64,000 nucleotides of DNA from Tubulanus polymorphus (Eukaryota; Animalia; Nemertea): NCBI RefSeq assembly GCF_964204645.1, contig NC_134026.1, positions 21,548,150 through 21,612,149 on the forward strand, in the 5' to 3' direction. Every line of letters begins with the position of its first letter. Within the stretch, counting starts at the first letter, position 1. A program made the translations under genes and the position numbers. Below are positions 36,601 to 49,136 of this stretch, piece by piece. Under the pieces are notes generated by a model. It searched no databases, was not told the origin of the DNA, and was given only the letters and a program-made list of their open reading frames with translations.

Positions 36601-37126
36601 GATTGGCGGCTACTTGTAACCAACCACCAGGCGCGGCGCACAGATCTATAACCACTCTTGATGATTGTAAAAACTGATATTTTCGATTCAATTGCAACAA
36701 TTTAAATGCAGCTCTTGATCTGTAACCTGAAAGGATATACACATCGCATTCAATTCATTGACAATGAGTCAATAAGGTTTGAAAATATATAGTAAAAGAT
36801 TAGGCCAGGGCCGTGTGGGAAAAGTCATGTAAAAATAAAATGAATTTCAAAATGATCAATATCATTACAGGATCCAGTTCCACAGAGTCAAATCTTAACT
36901 CACAACTGTGGAACTGGGTCCAGTAGATTGATAAAGCCTCCTTTGGATGAAAAGAATGAAACGATACGAAAAATTCTAATTCAAAAGTAAATTATGATTG
37001 AAGAATCCGACCAGTTCAGTTTATTAATGAGTTCCACAGCGAATGACTCGAATATTTACCGGTTTCCTTGGCTAAATGGTAGAATTTATCCCGACGGGCT
37101 TTTCCAGTTTTTACTTTCTTGCCCAT
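30661..37126 (-). CDS. FTSJ3: pre-rRNA 2'-O-ribose methyltransferase FTSJ3/Spb1
   Basis: Start [23 protein letters not shown]; [13 protein letters not shown]; [11 protein letters not shown]; [11 protein letters not shown]; [11 protein letters not shown]; Spb1 C-terminus [17 protein letters not shown] and [19 protein letters not shown]. Multi-exon. Confidence 0.95.
30977..31211. mobile_element. Palindromic MITE in FTSJ3 last intron
   Basis: Nested inverted matches GCGGACATC/GATGTCCGC and AGCCAATCAGATG/CATCTGATTGGCT; ends CTGGCC/GGCCAG. Confidence 0.6.
31870..31971. repeat. 51-bp direct tandem duplication (intronic)
   Basis: AATGTTTRATTTTCTATACAG...CAGTCATTCCTGGATAT occurs twice in tandem. 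Confidence 0.85.
35430..36060 (-). mobile_element. 5'-truncated, degenerate non-LTR retrotransposon (CR1/L2-like 3' end) in FTSJ3 intron
   Basis: ORF 35753-36031 EPYL...[18 protein letters not shown]...[17 protein letters not shown] is a post-RT Cys/His motif. Ends AATAAA-TTGAAATTGAAA microsatellite tail. Confidence 0.75.
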
Positions 37127-38254
37127 GTTTATCCCGTTGTGGAGCTAGGGGTATTTATTTACTGGGAATTTAGGGATAAACATGCGATCTTCCACATGTG
37201 CGTGTGAACTACGTCACGGGTACTTGCGTTGATGGACTCGACTGCGGCAATCGAGGATTCCACTTGAATTCGAGGCAAGCGAGGACTCGGCGCGCTCTGG
37301 CGGCTGTACAACAATAAAAATCTTAAATTTTGAATCTAAAAACGAGAATATGCCTTGTAGACCTATATATTTGGAATACTCGTTAAGCTTATAATATATC
37401 TGGAATATCTTTTTAACGAATCGTTAAAAAAGTTTCGCGCAATAAAATTTACTTTAGACCCAGTCTGCCCGGTTTTTAAAATTTTGTAACTTGTGTTTTG
37501 TTTTTTGTTATTTCAAAATTTGTAACTTTATTGAATTTGGGAATCTTATATGTAGTGTTAACATAATGATCAATAAAGAATTGAATTTAATTTACTAGGC
37601 GAAGCCACTCATAAATTGATGACGTAGTGCACAACACACGTGAAATACGCCATTTGTTGCTGCTAAAAAAGCCGGGTGTTTGGGCGCAGGTAATTCATTT
37701 TTTGAGCCCCGATAGACTAAATATGACCGCAAAATACCCCAAATATATTCCTCTTAAATTAAAAGTAAAGGACTACGTGATTTTCCTCCGATCAGGGGGC
37801 CGTGAACCCCTTCAAAATGGCCTTTTAACGCGTCGTCGACTTTCCGTATGGTGTGTCACTGTACTGTGTGTCTGTGTGTGTCATTTATATCAAATCAATA
37901 TCCATCGTCCCGTCATGAAAAAGAACTCTGTGCATCTAATCCATCCATCTGTGTCGAATTTGATAAAGATATTACAGTTTCCCAATAGAATGCTCATTTC
38001 AGAATTTTGATTGATTTTAAATTTTGAAAATTAAAACTTATCTAATTAGGCCATCTCGTCTGTCGTACTGACTCATTGAATGATGTGAAAACTGGAGTTT
38101 CTTGGCTTTAGTCAAAAACACCCATCAATTATTTTTGGGTTGATTTATTGTTGATTGGTTTTGTGTCTGGCATCTCATCTGGTTTATTCATGCAGCCTAA
38201 TTACGAATTCTACAAATTTACTATCACTTTCAGTAAAGAAAACCGGCTGCCAAG

Positions 38255-41200
38255 ATGTCGCGTTTTTATAAAGGAGCGATGAGCTCCGAATCGGAGTCTG
38301 AATCTGAATCGAGTGGAGACGAGGCGTTGCCTGTAGTGCAGAAAGGACCGAGCAGATTCCAATTCAGCGATGATGAGGAAGATGTGAAACGTGTTGTAAG
38401 AAGCGAGAAGGAGAAAAGGTAGGCATCGGAGAAAACAAAGTTGTGATTCGGTCAAATAGTCCTGCAAAGAAATGGAATTTAACCTCCTCCAGAGTATTGC
38501 GAGAATTCAAATTGAGTCGATGTATCAGTGGAAACCTTGATCGGGATAAATATTTGTATATTCTAGGTTTGAAGGCATGAATGATGTCATCAAAGTCTTG
38601 AAGAACCATAAGAAAATTAAAGACATGTCCAATGTCCTTACAGGTGAGCAAATGAATAAATTGTTATTCAACATCGAAAGTTAAACTATAAGATCATTGA
38701 CTCTGTTTTGAATCTCAGTTCCACAGCTGCTACAAAGATTTCATTTTAGATTTATTTTGAATTATGTTGCTATTAATTCAATTATTCTATACTGAAATGA
38801 TTTTTTGCGGGTTAAAATTGTACCAAAATTTAAGAACTAGATGCAGGATATCTGTTGGTGCTTGGCATCTGGCTCTCGTATCAATTGGAATGAGTAATGT
38901 TTATTTAACTGGCGCCTCCAGTACGTGATAATGATATTTGTTTTCTTTGAAGATTTTGAGAATCTGACGAAGGCATACGATAAAGCCAAAAAAGTCGTTG
39001 TTCAAGAAGGAATTCCGCGATTCTATATTCGCACACTCGTCGAACTGGAAGATTTTGTCGCTGAGGTCAGTGTTTTTCGACAACCCTTCACTGTGCTGCA
39101 ATTAACGAAGTTCTGTGTATTTTTCTCATCACTTTATCGCCTCGGTTACTCCTATTTCAGTGCTGGGAAGATCGCGAAGCTCGAAAACTGATGAGTAAGA
39201 ACAACGCGAAGGGTTTGACGACTCTACGTCAGAAATTGAAGAAATATAACCGCGATTACGAGAAAGAGATTACTGATTATAGAGAGGTTAGTTTAGTCGA
39301 GTTCAGTTTGCAACTGGACCTCGGCCTATCTGGAATCACGTCTCGCTAAGCTGCCTGCACCTACCATCATAGACTTGGACATTCCACGCGTCATCTCCAG
39401 TCTTTGCATATGTTCACAACTTCACGCCAGTTATGTTTTTTCAAAAATACACATTAAAACGATATTGTATTATATCAAACTTTGAAAAAAAAAATGATCA
39501 AGACTTTGCAAAATAAGGATAAGTTCCTGAAGGGGCTGGATCGTGGTTGTGTGGACCTGCATTCGTTTCATCAAAATCGTTTTAGAAATATTGTTGTTTA
39601 TGTGCAACGGTACGATTTAACTTCAGAATCCTGACAAGGAAGAAATAAAAGGCAGTGCATCGGAATCAGATGATGATGACGATGATGATGATGATGACGA
39701 CGACGATGAAATTGACGGAGGCATTGAAGCCCCGATGAAAGTCGCTAATTTCCTGAAGAAAGAAAAACCTGTCGCAGTGGTCAAAGAGCAAGAGGTGAGA
39801 AAATCATTATCTTACTTTTGCCATCTCATTCTTAACTGTTGTGTTGAAATCAGTAAAATTTGAAGCATTCGGGTTGAAATTTGTCAAAATAGAAACGAGC
39901 CTGTACTTTATCTAAAAATAATTAATTGCAGCTTAATTTTAACTGCTTTTTCAGTTCAGCAAAATATTTCATAAAATGTATGCATGAAATTTTGATTTTT
40001 TAAAGGAGTCTGACTCTGATGACGATATGTGGGCGAGCTCCGGGGGTGATAGCTCGACTTCAAGTTCAGATGATGAAGATTACGGTGAAAACCTGGCAGC
40101 TAAATTCTTGAAAAAGTGCGTATTGTATCGATTTACTGGTTGAATATTCGTATCGTCGATAATTTACTGATTTTTTGATTGTCGCACCTTCGTCGTTTAG
40201 GACCGGGCCCGAAAAAGAGAAGGACCGGATCAAACGTGACAAGGCGAAAGAGGAGAAAATTCGCGAACGGAAGAAACGTCCCGAGAGCGATGAGGACGAC
40301 GGCGAGGGAGAATGGGAGGAAGTTGTGAAAAGCGGTGCTCCGATGAAAATGGTACGAATTGCGATTGACGCGCGTTTGAAGTTTGGAAAATTGTCTCTCC
40401 GTTATTGATCGGAAATTTGATGATATGATTAATCAGAAAAAAAGCCTCAAAATTTTAAGGAAATCGTAAATCAAACTTGAGTGTTTGAAAAAATTGCCTC
40501 TTGAAAAGATGTGTCTTTGCTATTTTAATTTCTTATAATGAACTATTGTCCGAATCTGTATGGATGAATATTTTGTTGATGGTTATGAATTACAGGAGAA
40601 GCCGAAAATGTTCGCGAAAGATGCCGAAATCAATCACGAATCGGTGTACAAAAAGTTGAATGAAATCGTGTCCGGACGTGGTAAGAAGGGAACCGATAGA
40701 ACCGAACAGATCGACCTGCTGCTCGAATTGAATTCGATCTCGTCGGCTCACAATCTCGGGCCGGGAATGTTCATCAAGATCATGTTTCACGTGATCGCCG
40801 CCATCTTCGATTACAACCCGAACATCGCAACGTGCATGAAAACCGACATGTGGGAGAAGTAAGTTCATAACGGCCCGGCCGTGCTTTATCTGGTCAGTGT
40901 TTTTCGTATGCTGTCATTTTTAAGGGGCTGTATTCAATGTCAAGTATATGACGTCGTGGCTGGGGAAGTAGCAAGGCTTTTGATACCCCCAAATAGAATA
41001 TTAAGCTAAATTTTGGTGTAATCTAGTTTTCACTGGCTCAATATATATTTAAGTAATTATCAGCATTGGTAGAATATTGACATCCACACTGGTAGGTGCA
41101 GCAGATATTTTATAAGGGGTGGATGTAAAAATGGAAAGGGTGACAGCCCCTCTAAAACCATTTGCGGAGAACAGTGCTGGTGTGTCAGAAAGAACAGATG

Positions 41201-44200
41201 GGCATTTCCCCCAATACAGCTTAGATTGTTAGTGTATTGCTATTATGCATATTCTCAGGAGAGACGGGATTGATAGATTGAGAAAAATATATCAAGCAGA
41301 TTTCAAAAACTTGCGTGTTCAAATGTATTACAGATGCCTGACATTTATCGCCGAGTTGTTGGAGCTTTTGAAAACGAGCGATAACATCACGGTCGGTGAG
41401 AACATCAGCGACGATAGCGAACAGTTAGAAGAAGCACCTTATCGTATACGCGGCTGTATACTCGCAATGGTCGAACGCATGGATGAAGAATTCACCAAAA
41501 TGCTGCAAGCCTGTGATGCCCACAGCACTGAATACGTTGATAGGTGAGTTTGTTATTTTGTAGTAATGTGTGAAAACCATTAACAATCTTTTTGAATAGG
41601 AGATTATTGAGTTAATAATCAATTGTTCCACCTGGACCAAGTTCGAAAGTTGTGAGTTAGATTTGGTTCATGGCCGCGTACGGGAAGTTTATTTGCAGTG
41701 ATTTGACTCGCTGACATTTTCAGGGATGAGAATTCCCCGCGGATTTCTGTATTGAAAAATATAAATTTTCCAAATAGTCGAAAAATGATGTAAAAGTATG
41801 AGGGGGGCTCACTCAATTGTTACGGCGCGATCGGTAATCAGGTGAACCGTAAAAGCGTTCAGTGCCTGTTTTACTTATCATTGCGTAAAAGTATCGCACT
41901 TCAATGTATATTCATTGCAACACTGATTTTGTATCTACATTTGTACTACGACGAGTGTGTATGTATTTTATCGATCGGTTGCAGACGCGCGCGCGGCAAC
42001 AGTAGTAATGTATATAGGCCTACTTACTGTTGCCGCGCGTGTGTGGCGAACGCCTTCAGATACTATACACTACTGGGTGATGATTTGTAGTGAGCATTCA
42101 TCGGCGCATTTTAACTGCATTAATTCAGGGCTCAACCAATAATGCATGAGATGCTGAATGTCATCGAATGAGGATGTACCACATTGGAACTAGCCATTAC
42201 CTTCCAAAGTAAAATAGTCGTTCATGGGTTCAAGATCGCTTTTAGTGCTCGGATAACACTTTTAATTTCTAACGCTTTTAATTTTCTTGGGGAAGGACCC
42301 CCCAAACCCCCCAAAATAGCTTCGCGCCTTCAGCTGGTTCGAGTATGTAACTGAAGAAAAAAAAACGCAGATTTTATAGGTCGGCGTTCTCATCTCTGCA
42401 TTTTGGCCTCATGACTGACTGTAGTGCTGGCTACTATGATCATAACATTGATTCTATTTCTGTTCATAGGTTAAAAGATGAGGAAAAAGTATGCAGTATA
42501 ATCTTGTGCCTGCAAGGCTTGATCGAGGAGAAAGCGCTCAGCGACGAGATCTGTAGAGTTTACTTCCTCAGAATCAAACATATTTACTACAAGGTAATGA
42601 ACGCTTAGTGGGAGGAATAGGGATATTATTGTTTTGCAGCATCGATTTGATTAAACCTGTATATTTTTTAGTTTGATCGTCGCGGTGCCATGATAAAACA
42701 ACAAAAGGACAATGGGGAAACGGTGAGTTCATATTTTAAAGTCCATATTGATAAAACAGTGTCATGACACGATCATTGGCACATAACCTCGAGACTAAGT
42801 ATATTTCATTGTGCTAATCATCTTTCCCTTGGGTAAAGTAACATCCGAGAATCATCTATCAGTCAAAGGGCCGAATGAGACAATGAGTACAAGCGTTTGA
42901 ATCTATTTTCTCAAATGTATAATACATGATAACATAGATATGATAATTAGTATACATGATTACTGAAATATACATTCAAGCTGGACAGTCCAAGCCCTAG
43001 GGGCTGTACCTAATTGGGGGGATATACCAGGTATTCCTGAGTTGAACGCTCAAATCACTCTAATCCACTCCATTATCAGAGCCGTCGGAAGGAATTTTTC
43101 AGTGGCGAGGCTTATTTCTGAAGGGGGTCTGGGGGCCCTCCCCTAGAAAAATTTTGAAAATTCCATCGCCGGAGATGCCTTTTGGGGCCATTTCACGGTC
43201 TCATTCACAGACGCATGAGATGCCGTGAGCCAACCACCTAGTACAGAGAACGACGAGCTGCTACGCGGTCAGCGTGCTTTTGAAAAAATTTTGTTAAGCA
43301 AAAAAATGGGGCAGCTTTGGCCGCCCCTGTTCCGACGGCCTTGATTATTTGTATTCGCCAAGATGCCCTTACATGAATGTATTTGTATCTTTTCAGCCTG
43401 AGATTCCCGAGGGATATATCGACACGTACGCGTTGATGGGTAAGCTGTGTCGTTATATTTATGGTATCGACAACACCGATCGCATCCGCACACGAGCGAT
43501 ACTGTGTCACATTTACCACCACGCGTTGCACGATCGTTGGTTCGAAGCTCGCGATCTGATGATGATGTCGCATCTACAGGACAATATTCAACACTCCGAC
43601 GTGCCCACCCAGGTACGTCCTCATGTTAGCGCTGTTTTTTCGATCGGCGACCTGTTTGAATCGCAGGAAATAGCGCGGATTAATTCGGAAATGATTATTG
43701 CGAGAGCAAAGAAACTTATATCTGCTGTTTGTCATTTTCAGATTTACTACAATCGTAGTATGGTTCAGTTAGGATTATGCGCATTCCGTCAAGGCATGGT
43801 GAAGGACGCGCATCATTGTTTAGTAGATATCCAAAGCGGAGGTCGAGCTAAGGAATTGTTGGCTCAGGTAAACTCTTGATCATCAAAAATTCTAGAAATG
43901 ACTTTCGTGGACAAAGAATATATACAAGATATACGTCCGTCTTGTGTGTAGATCTAATTATGTGATTAAAGAACTGTAGAAATGGTGTCATTTGAAATAA
44001 TCTATCCATTGTAGGGACTCTTGCTTCAAAGACAGCATGAGAGAACGGCCGAGCAGGAAAAGATTGAGAAACGTCGCCAGATGCCGTATCATATGCATAT
44101 TAATCTGGAACTGTTAGAATGCGTCTACCTAGTCTCGGCTATGCTTCTCGAAATTCCTTATATGGCTGGTGAGTTGCAAATTGAAATTGAATTGAGAATT

Positions 44201-47200
44201 GAAAACTTAAGAAATAATTGGTGAAAGTAGGTAGCTGCTTGAGTTTGTCGTGTAAATATCTTGAATCCAGTTCCACAGTTTTGAGTTTATTCATCGAAGA
44301 GTAAATCAAAATCAGTCGGTTTCAAATCGTACGAATTTTAACTACTCAAAGAAGTGTGCAATAGGTCCTTTCTTGGTGTTCGATATGTTCGGATGAATTT
44401 TTCTGAGGATATTATTTGTTATATTCCCGTAGCTCATGAACTGGACGCGCGCAGACGTATGATCAGTAAGAATTTCCATCATGTGTTGAAATTGAGCGAA
44501 CGTCAGACACTCGTCGGCCCACCTGAGAGTATGAGAGAACACGTCGTTGCCGCTTCGAAAGCGATGAAAACCGGTGATTGGAGAGCGTGTAAAAACTTCA
44601 TTATTAACGAAAAAATGAATGCAAAGGTAAGGCTCAGTTCGGTGAAGGCTTAAGGGAAAAGTCAGGGGATTTTCTTTTCTTTAAAAATTTCAGGGAATAG
44701 TCATGGAATTTTATGGATTGCTAGATCATGCGTAAAATCGAACAGTGTCTGTCTATGTCTAATGCATTTTATTGTGTTAATTGATTACAATGTACATGTC
44801 ACGGAATAGTCCGGGAAAAAACAAGGTCCCTTTTATTCAAGGGCTGTCTGGTGGCAATATTGGTAGTTATCTTGAAAGAAACAACCATTCTTGTCAGGTG
44901 ATTTCTGATGAATTTGAAAATGAGAATAACATCAAATTCTACGAAAAAGTGATTCCCCGGATATTTTTTCTACTTTGTTTATACAGTGGAACCTTGTTGC
45001 AACGTTCTTGGATTTAACGATTTATCGGTGATTACAAACCTAGAATTTTGTCCCAAATAGGAAAATATTGGTTATAATGAACATATTATCTGGTCCCCTG
45101 AAGTTCGTAATGAATTTCCACTGTACACACTATTATTTCTCATGTCTTGTACATGATTGCTATAAAAAGTGGACAGTTGAGACTTAACGCACACGCAGCT
45201 AATACAATTTATTCCCCATGACAGGTCTGGGATTTATTCTACAACGTCGATAAAGTACGCGATATGATCACGAATAAAATCCAAGAGGAGAGTTTACGCA
45301 CGTATCTGTTTACGTATAGCAGCGTTTACGATTCGATTAGTTTGCAAACCTTATCCGAGATGTTTGAACTGGAGAAAGGAATCGTGCATTCGATCATCAG
45401 CAAGATGATCATCAATGAAGAACTGATGGTAAGGAAAAATTAATTTTTTTTTATGAAGCTTGCCTGCGTGATGTTACGGCAGAAGTATCGGCCGTCAGGG
45501 CCCAGGATCTGATACCTCAGTTTTTAGTTAAGTTAAACTCTTATTAAATGACAAAGTTGAGAAAATATTATTTGCAGTGCGTTGTCCTTAACATAGAATT
45601 TTTATTTATAACTATGGAACTTGGCCAAGGCCAATAGAAAAACTCTCAATTTGCGAGTGAAATTTTAACTTAACCCGCGTGACTGGGTTCTTAGTAACCT
45701 AATCGTTGGTGGTTAGCTTTTATAATCAGATCAGCACTGATGAACATTCTATTGAAAATTGTCTTTCCCATTCCTGACTGGTTTGTGAAAATATCCAATT
45801 GTGAAACTTAACTCTAGACAGGTTATTGATTAGGTGCTGGCTATGCTATGCTCTTAGATTGAAGAGTTTACTAGTGAAAAAGATGAAGTTATTCTCGCTC
45901 CCTTTTTTATAGTCAAGACATGCAGTTAATTCAACATGCATTGTTTATTTCAGGCGTCACTAGACGAACCGACGCAAACGGTAATGATGCATCGCACGGA
46001 GCCGACACGTCTGCAGGCGCTCGCGCTGCAACTGTCCGAGAAAGTCGCGTCGCTCGTTGACAACAACGAACGTATACTCGAGATGAAATCGGGCAACTAC
46101 TTCAGCTATCAGAAAGATCGCGGCAACCAGTCGAACCAGTCGGGCTACCAGACTGGCAATCGATTCAACAAGGACTCGAATCGGTACAACCGCGGAGATC
46201 GCGGCGACAATCGTTACCAGCGGGGGAACCAAGGCGGTAATCAGTTCAATCAACAATCGGGATGGAAACAAAATCGTAAGTAACATGTTTTTAAATAGTT
46301 GTAGTCGTTTCAGATTCGTGTACTATGCCGCAGGACCTAGTTTCACTGAAAGAATTAGCTCTTAAAATTGGATTAATCTCTTCATGAATTCAGCTGGTGA
46401 CACCATGATATAAGTCACAGAATTTTAGTGATAGATATCTGCTATTTCATATCGAAATGTTCATGATATTATATACATCTTACTAAATGAAATACCTAAT
46501 AATGATGATAATAATACTGACATATATATACTGAAATATAATGAAAATATATGCGCCAATCATAATCAGTATGTCAGACTACTCAATAATAAATTCATTT
46601 AGTAAGATGTATAAGATATTATGAATATTTCGATATGAAATTGTAGATATCTATCATTGTTATTCACTTGTTGAATCGTTGAGGAGTCAGTCGTTTTTGT
46701 GAAACTGTGCCCAAGGTTTTCAGTTTTCACTGCGTAGATCCATTTGAAAAATACTTGCTAAACAGCATTAAATAAGGTTATATTTGTCTTGAATGTTGCG
46801 GTTCTACTCAAACTGCTGTATTCTTATGATCACTGAAAAGAATAACGATTAGAATATGAACAAAAAAGATAATTTCCAACTTTCACTTGAGTTAATGAGA
46901 TTGCAGTGTACGAACTCTTGATGTGGAGAATTCAAAACGAGAGAAAATTCTGGTGATTTATTTTGTTATTACCTGTACTCACATATTTGTCAGTTTTAGA
47001 ATCTAGCGATAAAAAACAAGGTAGTATGTTCGAAGCAAACCCAACCAAACAAAATGATTTCCATTAATTGCTGACGTTTCTATCGTCTCTCGTCATCGAA
47101 TCATCCCACTCCTTTCATTCCATTCCATTACATTCGTCTGACTAAAATGTAATTATTCTTGTTAATATAATAGGAACTGTAGCCAAAACTACAGCTAAAT

Positions 47201-47894
47201 AGATAAATCAGAAAATCAGGTACTAAGTGAAAAACTATTGAGTGTAAATTTACGGTTTGGATTCAGTTGAAAGTTTGTTTGTGAAAACTCTCGCAGGGAG
47301 ATATGTATTTCGATCACAATTAGGGAGTCGATCCAACAAACTTTTTACTGGTGTGTTTTAACGAGCTATGGGAGAGGTTTTTTACCGGCACGTAGGGCAC
47401 ATCCACCGCGTAGCGTCGTTGAAACCTGCTTATTCGTGATTGGTGAATTTCAATCTTAACGACATTTCACCTGTGTGTCATGATGGTGTGATTAATTTGG
47501 TTATGGGTGGAAAGAAATATTCTATTCATTTTCACCGCAAATAGAACCTGACCCTGGGTTTCGTTTGATTAACAAGTGATTGAAAATTTTCCTAATAATA
47601 ACATTGATAGATTAAACTTTAATTCAATGATTGAAAATCAAAACTTGAAATCCAACAGAACAGCCGCAATGGTTTTCGATTAACCGGTATGGAAAATTTG
47701 GATCAGGTTTATAGGTGATGGGTGTCCACCGTTTTTGGCTGGAGTTTCTCAAAATAGTATTAAAAGTAAAAACAGAAAATTAGATTCAACTGAATTAACA
47801 AAGAAATCATCAATTAGAAATTTAACTTAAGTTTCTTTTTCGTATTCGTTTTACAGAAAGAAGAGGCCGTGATAATCGGCAACGCAATTATTAG
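38255..47894 (+). CDS. EIF3C: Eukaryotic translation initiation factor 3 subunit C
   Basis: MSRFYKG-SESES; [17 protein letters not shown]; [16 protein letters not shown]; RGKKGTDR; [33 protein letters not shown]; [16 protein letters not shown]; PCI domain; last exon 47857-47894 ([11 protein letters not shown]). Confidence 0.96.
46336..46711. mobile_element. AT-rich palindromic MITE in EIF3C last intron
   Basis: Long inverted repeat TGATAGATATCTGCTATTTCATATCGAAAT...CATCTTACTAAATGA mirrored at ~46595-46659. Confidence 0.7.
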
Positions 47895-48779
47895 AGTCGG
47901 ACTTTCATTCAGCTAAACGTGTTTTTCAAAAGCAGCAGCAAATCGGCACATCATCTTCAACCGGAGAAATACACGCGAACAACTGAGTTACAATGATTAC
48001 TGATACGTTGTCGTTGAGTGAAGTGGATTTTATTTATTGCGTTGGCTGCGAAAGCCAGCGGACTCGGGACAATTTATTTCATTATCGTCGTATGGATTTT
48101 ATAATCGTGCTAAACGCGATAGAAGCGCCAGCCTGCGCTGACATCGTGGCTTATTTGTCCAGTTTAAAGTGGAATAAATATTGGTATTATTATAAATGGA
48201 AAACTGATTTTTTGTGTCATGATATACCGGGTATTTTATTTCTCAAGTCCATCCTTGTTCATCTTCGATGCAGGAAGGGTTTCTGTGCTTCGAGATAAGC
48301 CCAGGAAAAGACGGCACTAGAGAAGATTCAATCATTCTTCGGGTCCTTGCGTTCCTAAGAGGAAACGTACCAGGTATGCATCCATAGTAATACTCCCTTA
48401 GTTTCACCAGTTATTACTGGTAAGTGGTACTGGTATCAGGACTATCTTTGGATACAAGTAATGCACCCATTTCCAAAATTATAGGCAAAGGTAACTAGTG
48501 CACTAACTTAAGCTAATAAGTGTAGCTACAATTACTCATGGACATTTTAAGTTTAAGACATTTGGATTACTCTTGACATACTTAAGACGTTACTTAAACT
48601 TATTCCAATGAATATATCAAGGTTACCGGTAACTAGTACACTAACTTGAACTTATTAATTTTAAGTTGAACAAAATTATATTCTAAAAGATTAAGTTCAT
48701 GGTCGTACAAAACTCTGAAATCTTATGTGAAGGAAGAAGACGTTTCTATGTCATAATTGCTATTAGAAGCTGTGTTGTG

Positions 48780-49070
48780 ACAGACTCCCTTCAGAAGTAA
48801 CTGGACAATACCTTATATGCAGCAAGTATCAACAGCCTGGAACCTCTGCCCTAAGGATTCAAATATTTGGGGAATGGATGTCCAAGGGCTGCAGGGTGCA
48901 CGCAGCAGATTGATACTTGCATTATACACAACTGCTGACAAGCTGAAACTGATTGAGCTGACATGGGACGAGGTGCTGCAGGTAGCCAAAGCGAAGATAG
49001 AAGAAACTGGAGAGAACATATTGAAGCCTTGGCCCTGATGCTCTACTGTGGGATGAAGGGCCTTAAGTCC
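48780..49070 (+). mobile_element. Degenerate RTE-like LINE 3' remnant
   Basis: LKLIELTWDEVLQVAK followed by GCCCTGATGCTCTAC resembles the RTE ORF terminus (xTWxE...A...ALC). Frameshifted. Confidence 0.5.
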
Positions 49071-49136
49071 AATATTCATTCAAAACAAAATTTCACATTT
49101 TATATATGCTGATTTATTCACATTTTGTATCTAAAA

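Noticed and set aside
39669-39708. (GAT/GAC)n repeat
   Set aside because: Ordinary poly-Asp tract in the EIF3C acidic region.
30661-47894. Intronic snoRNAs in FTSJ3/EIF3C
   Set aside because: No convincing C/D or H/ACA box pair with terminal stem found by eye; needs snoscan/Infernal.
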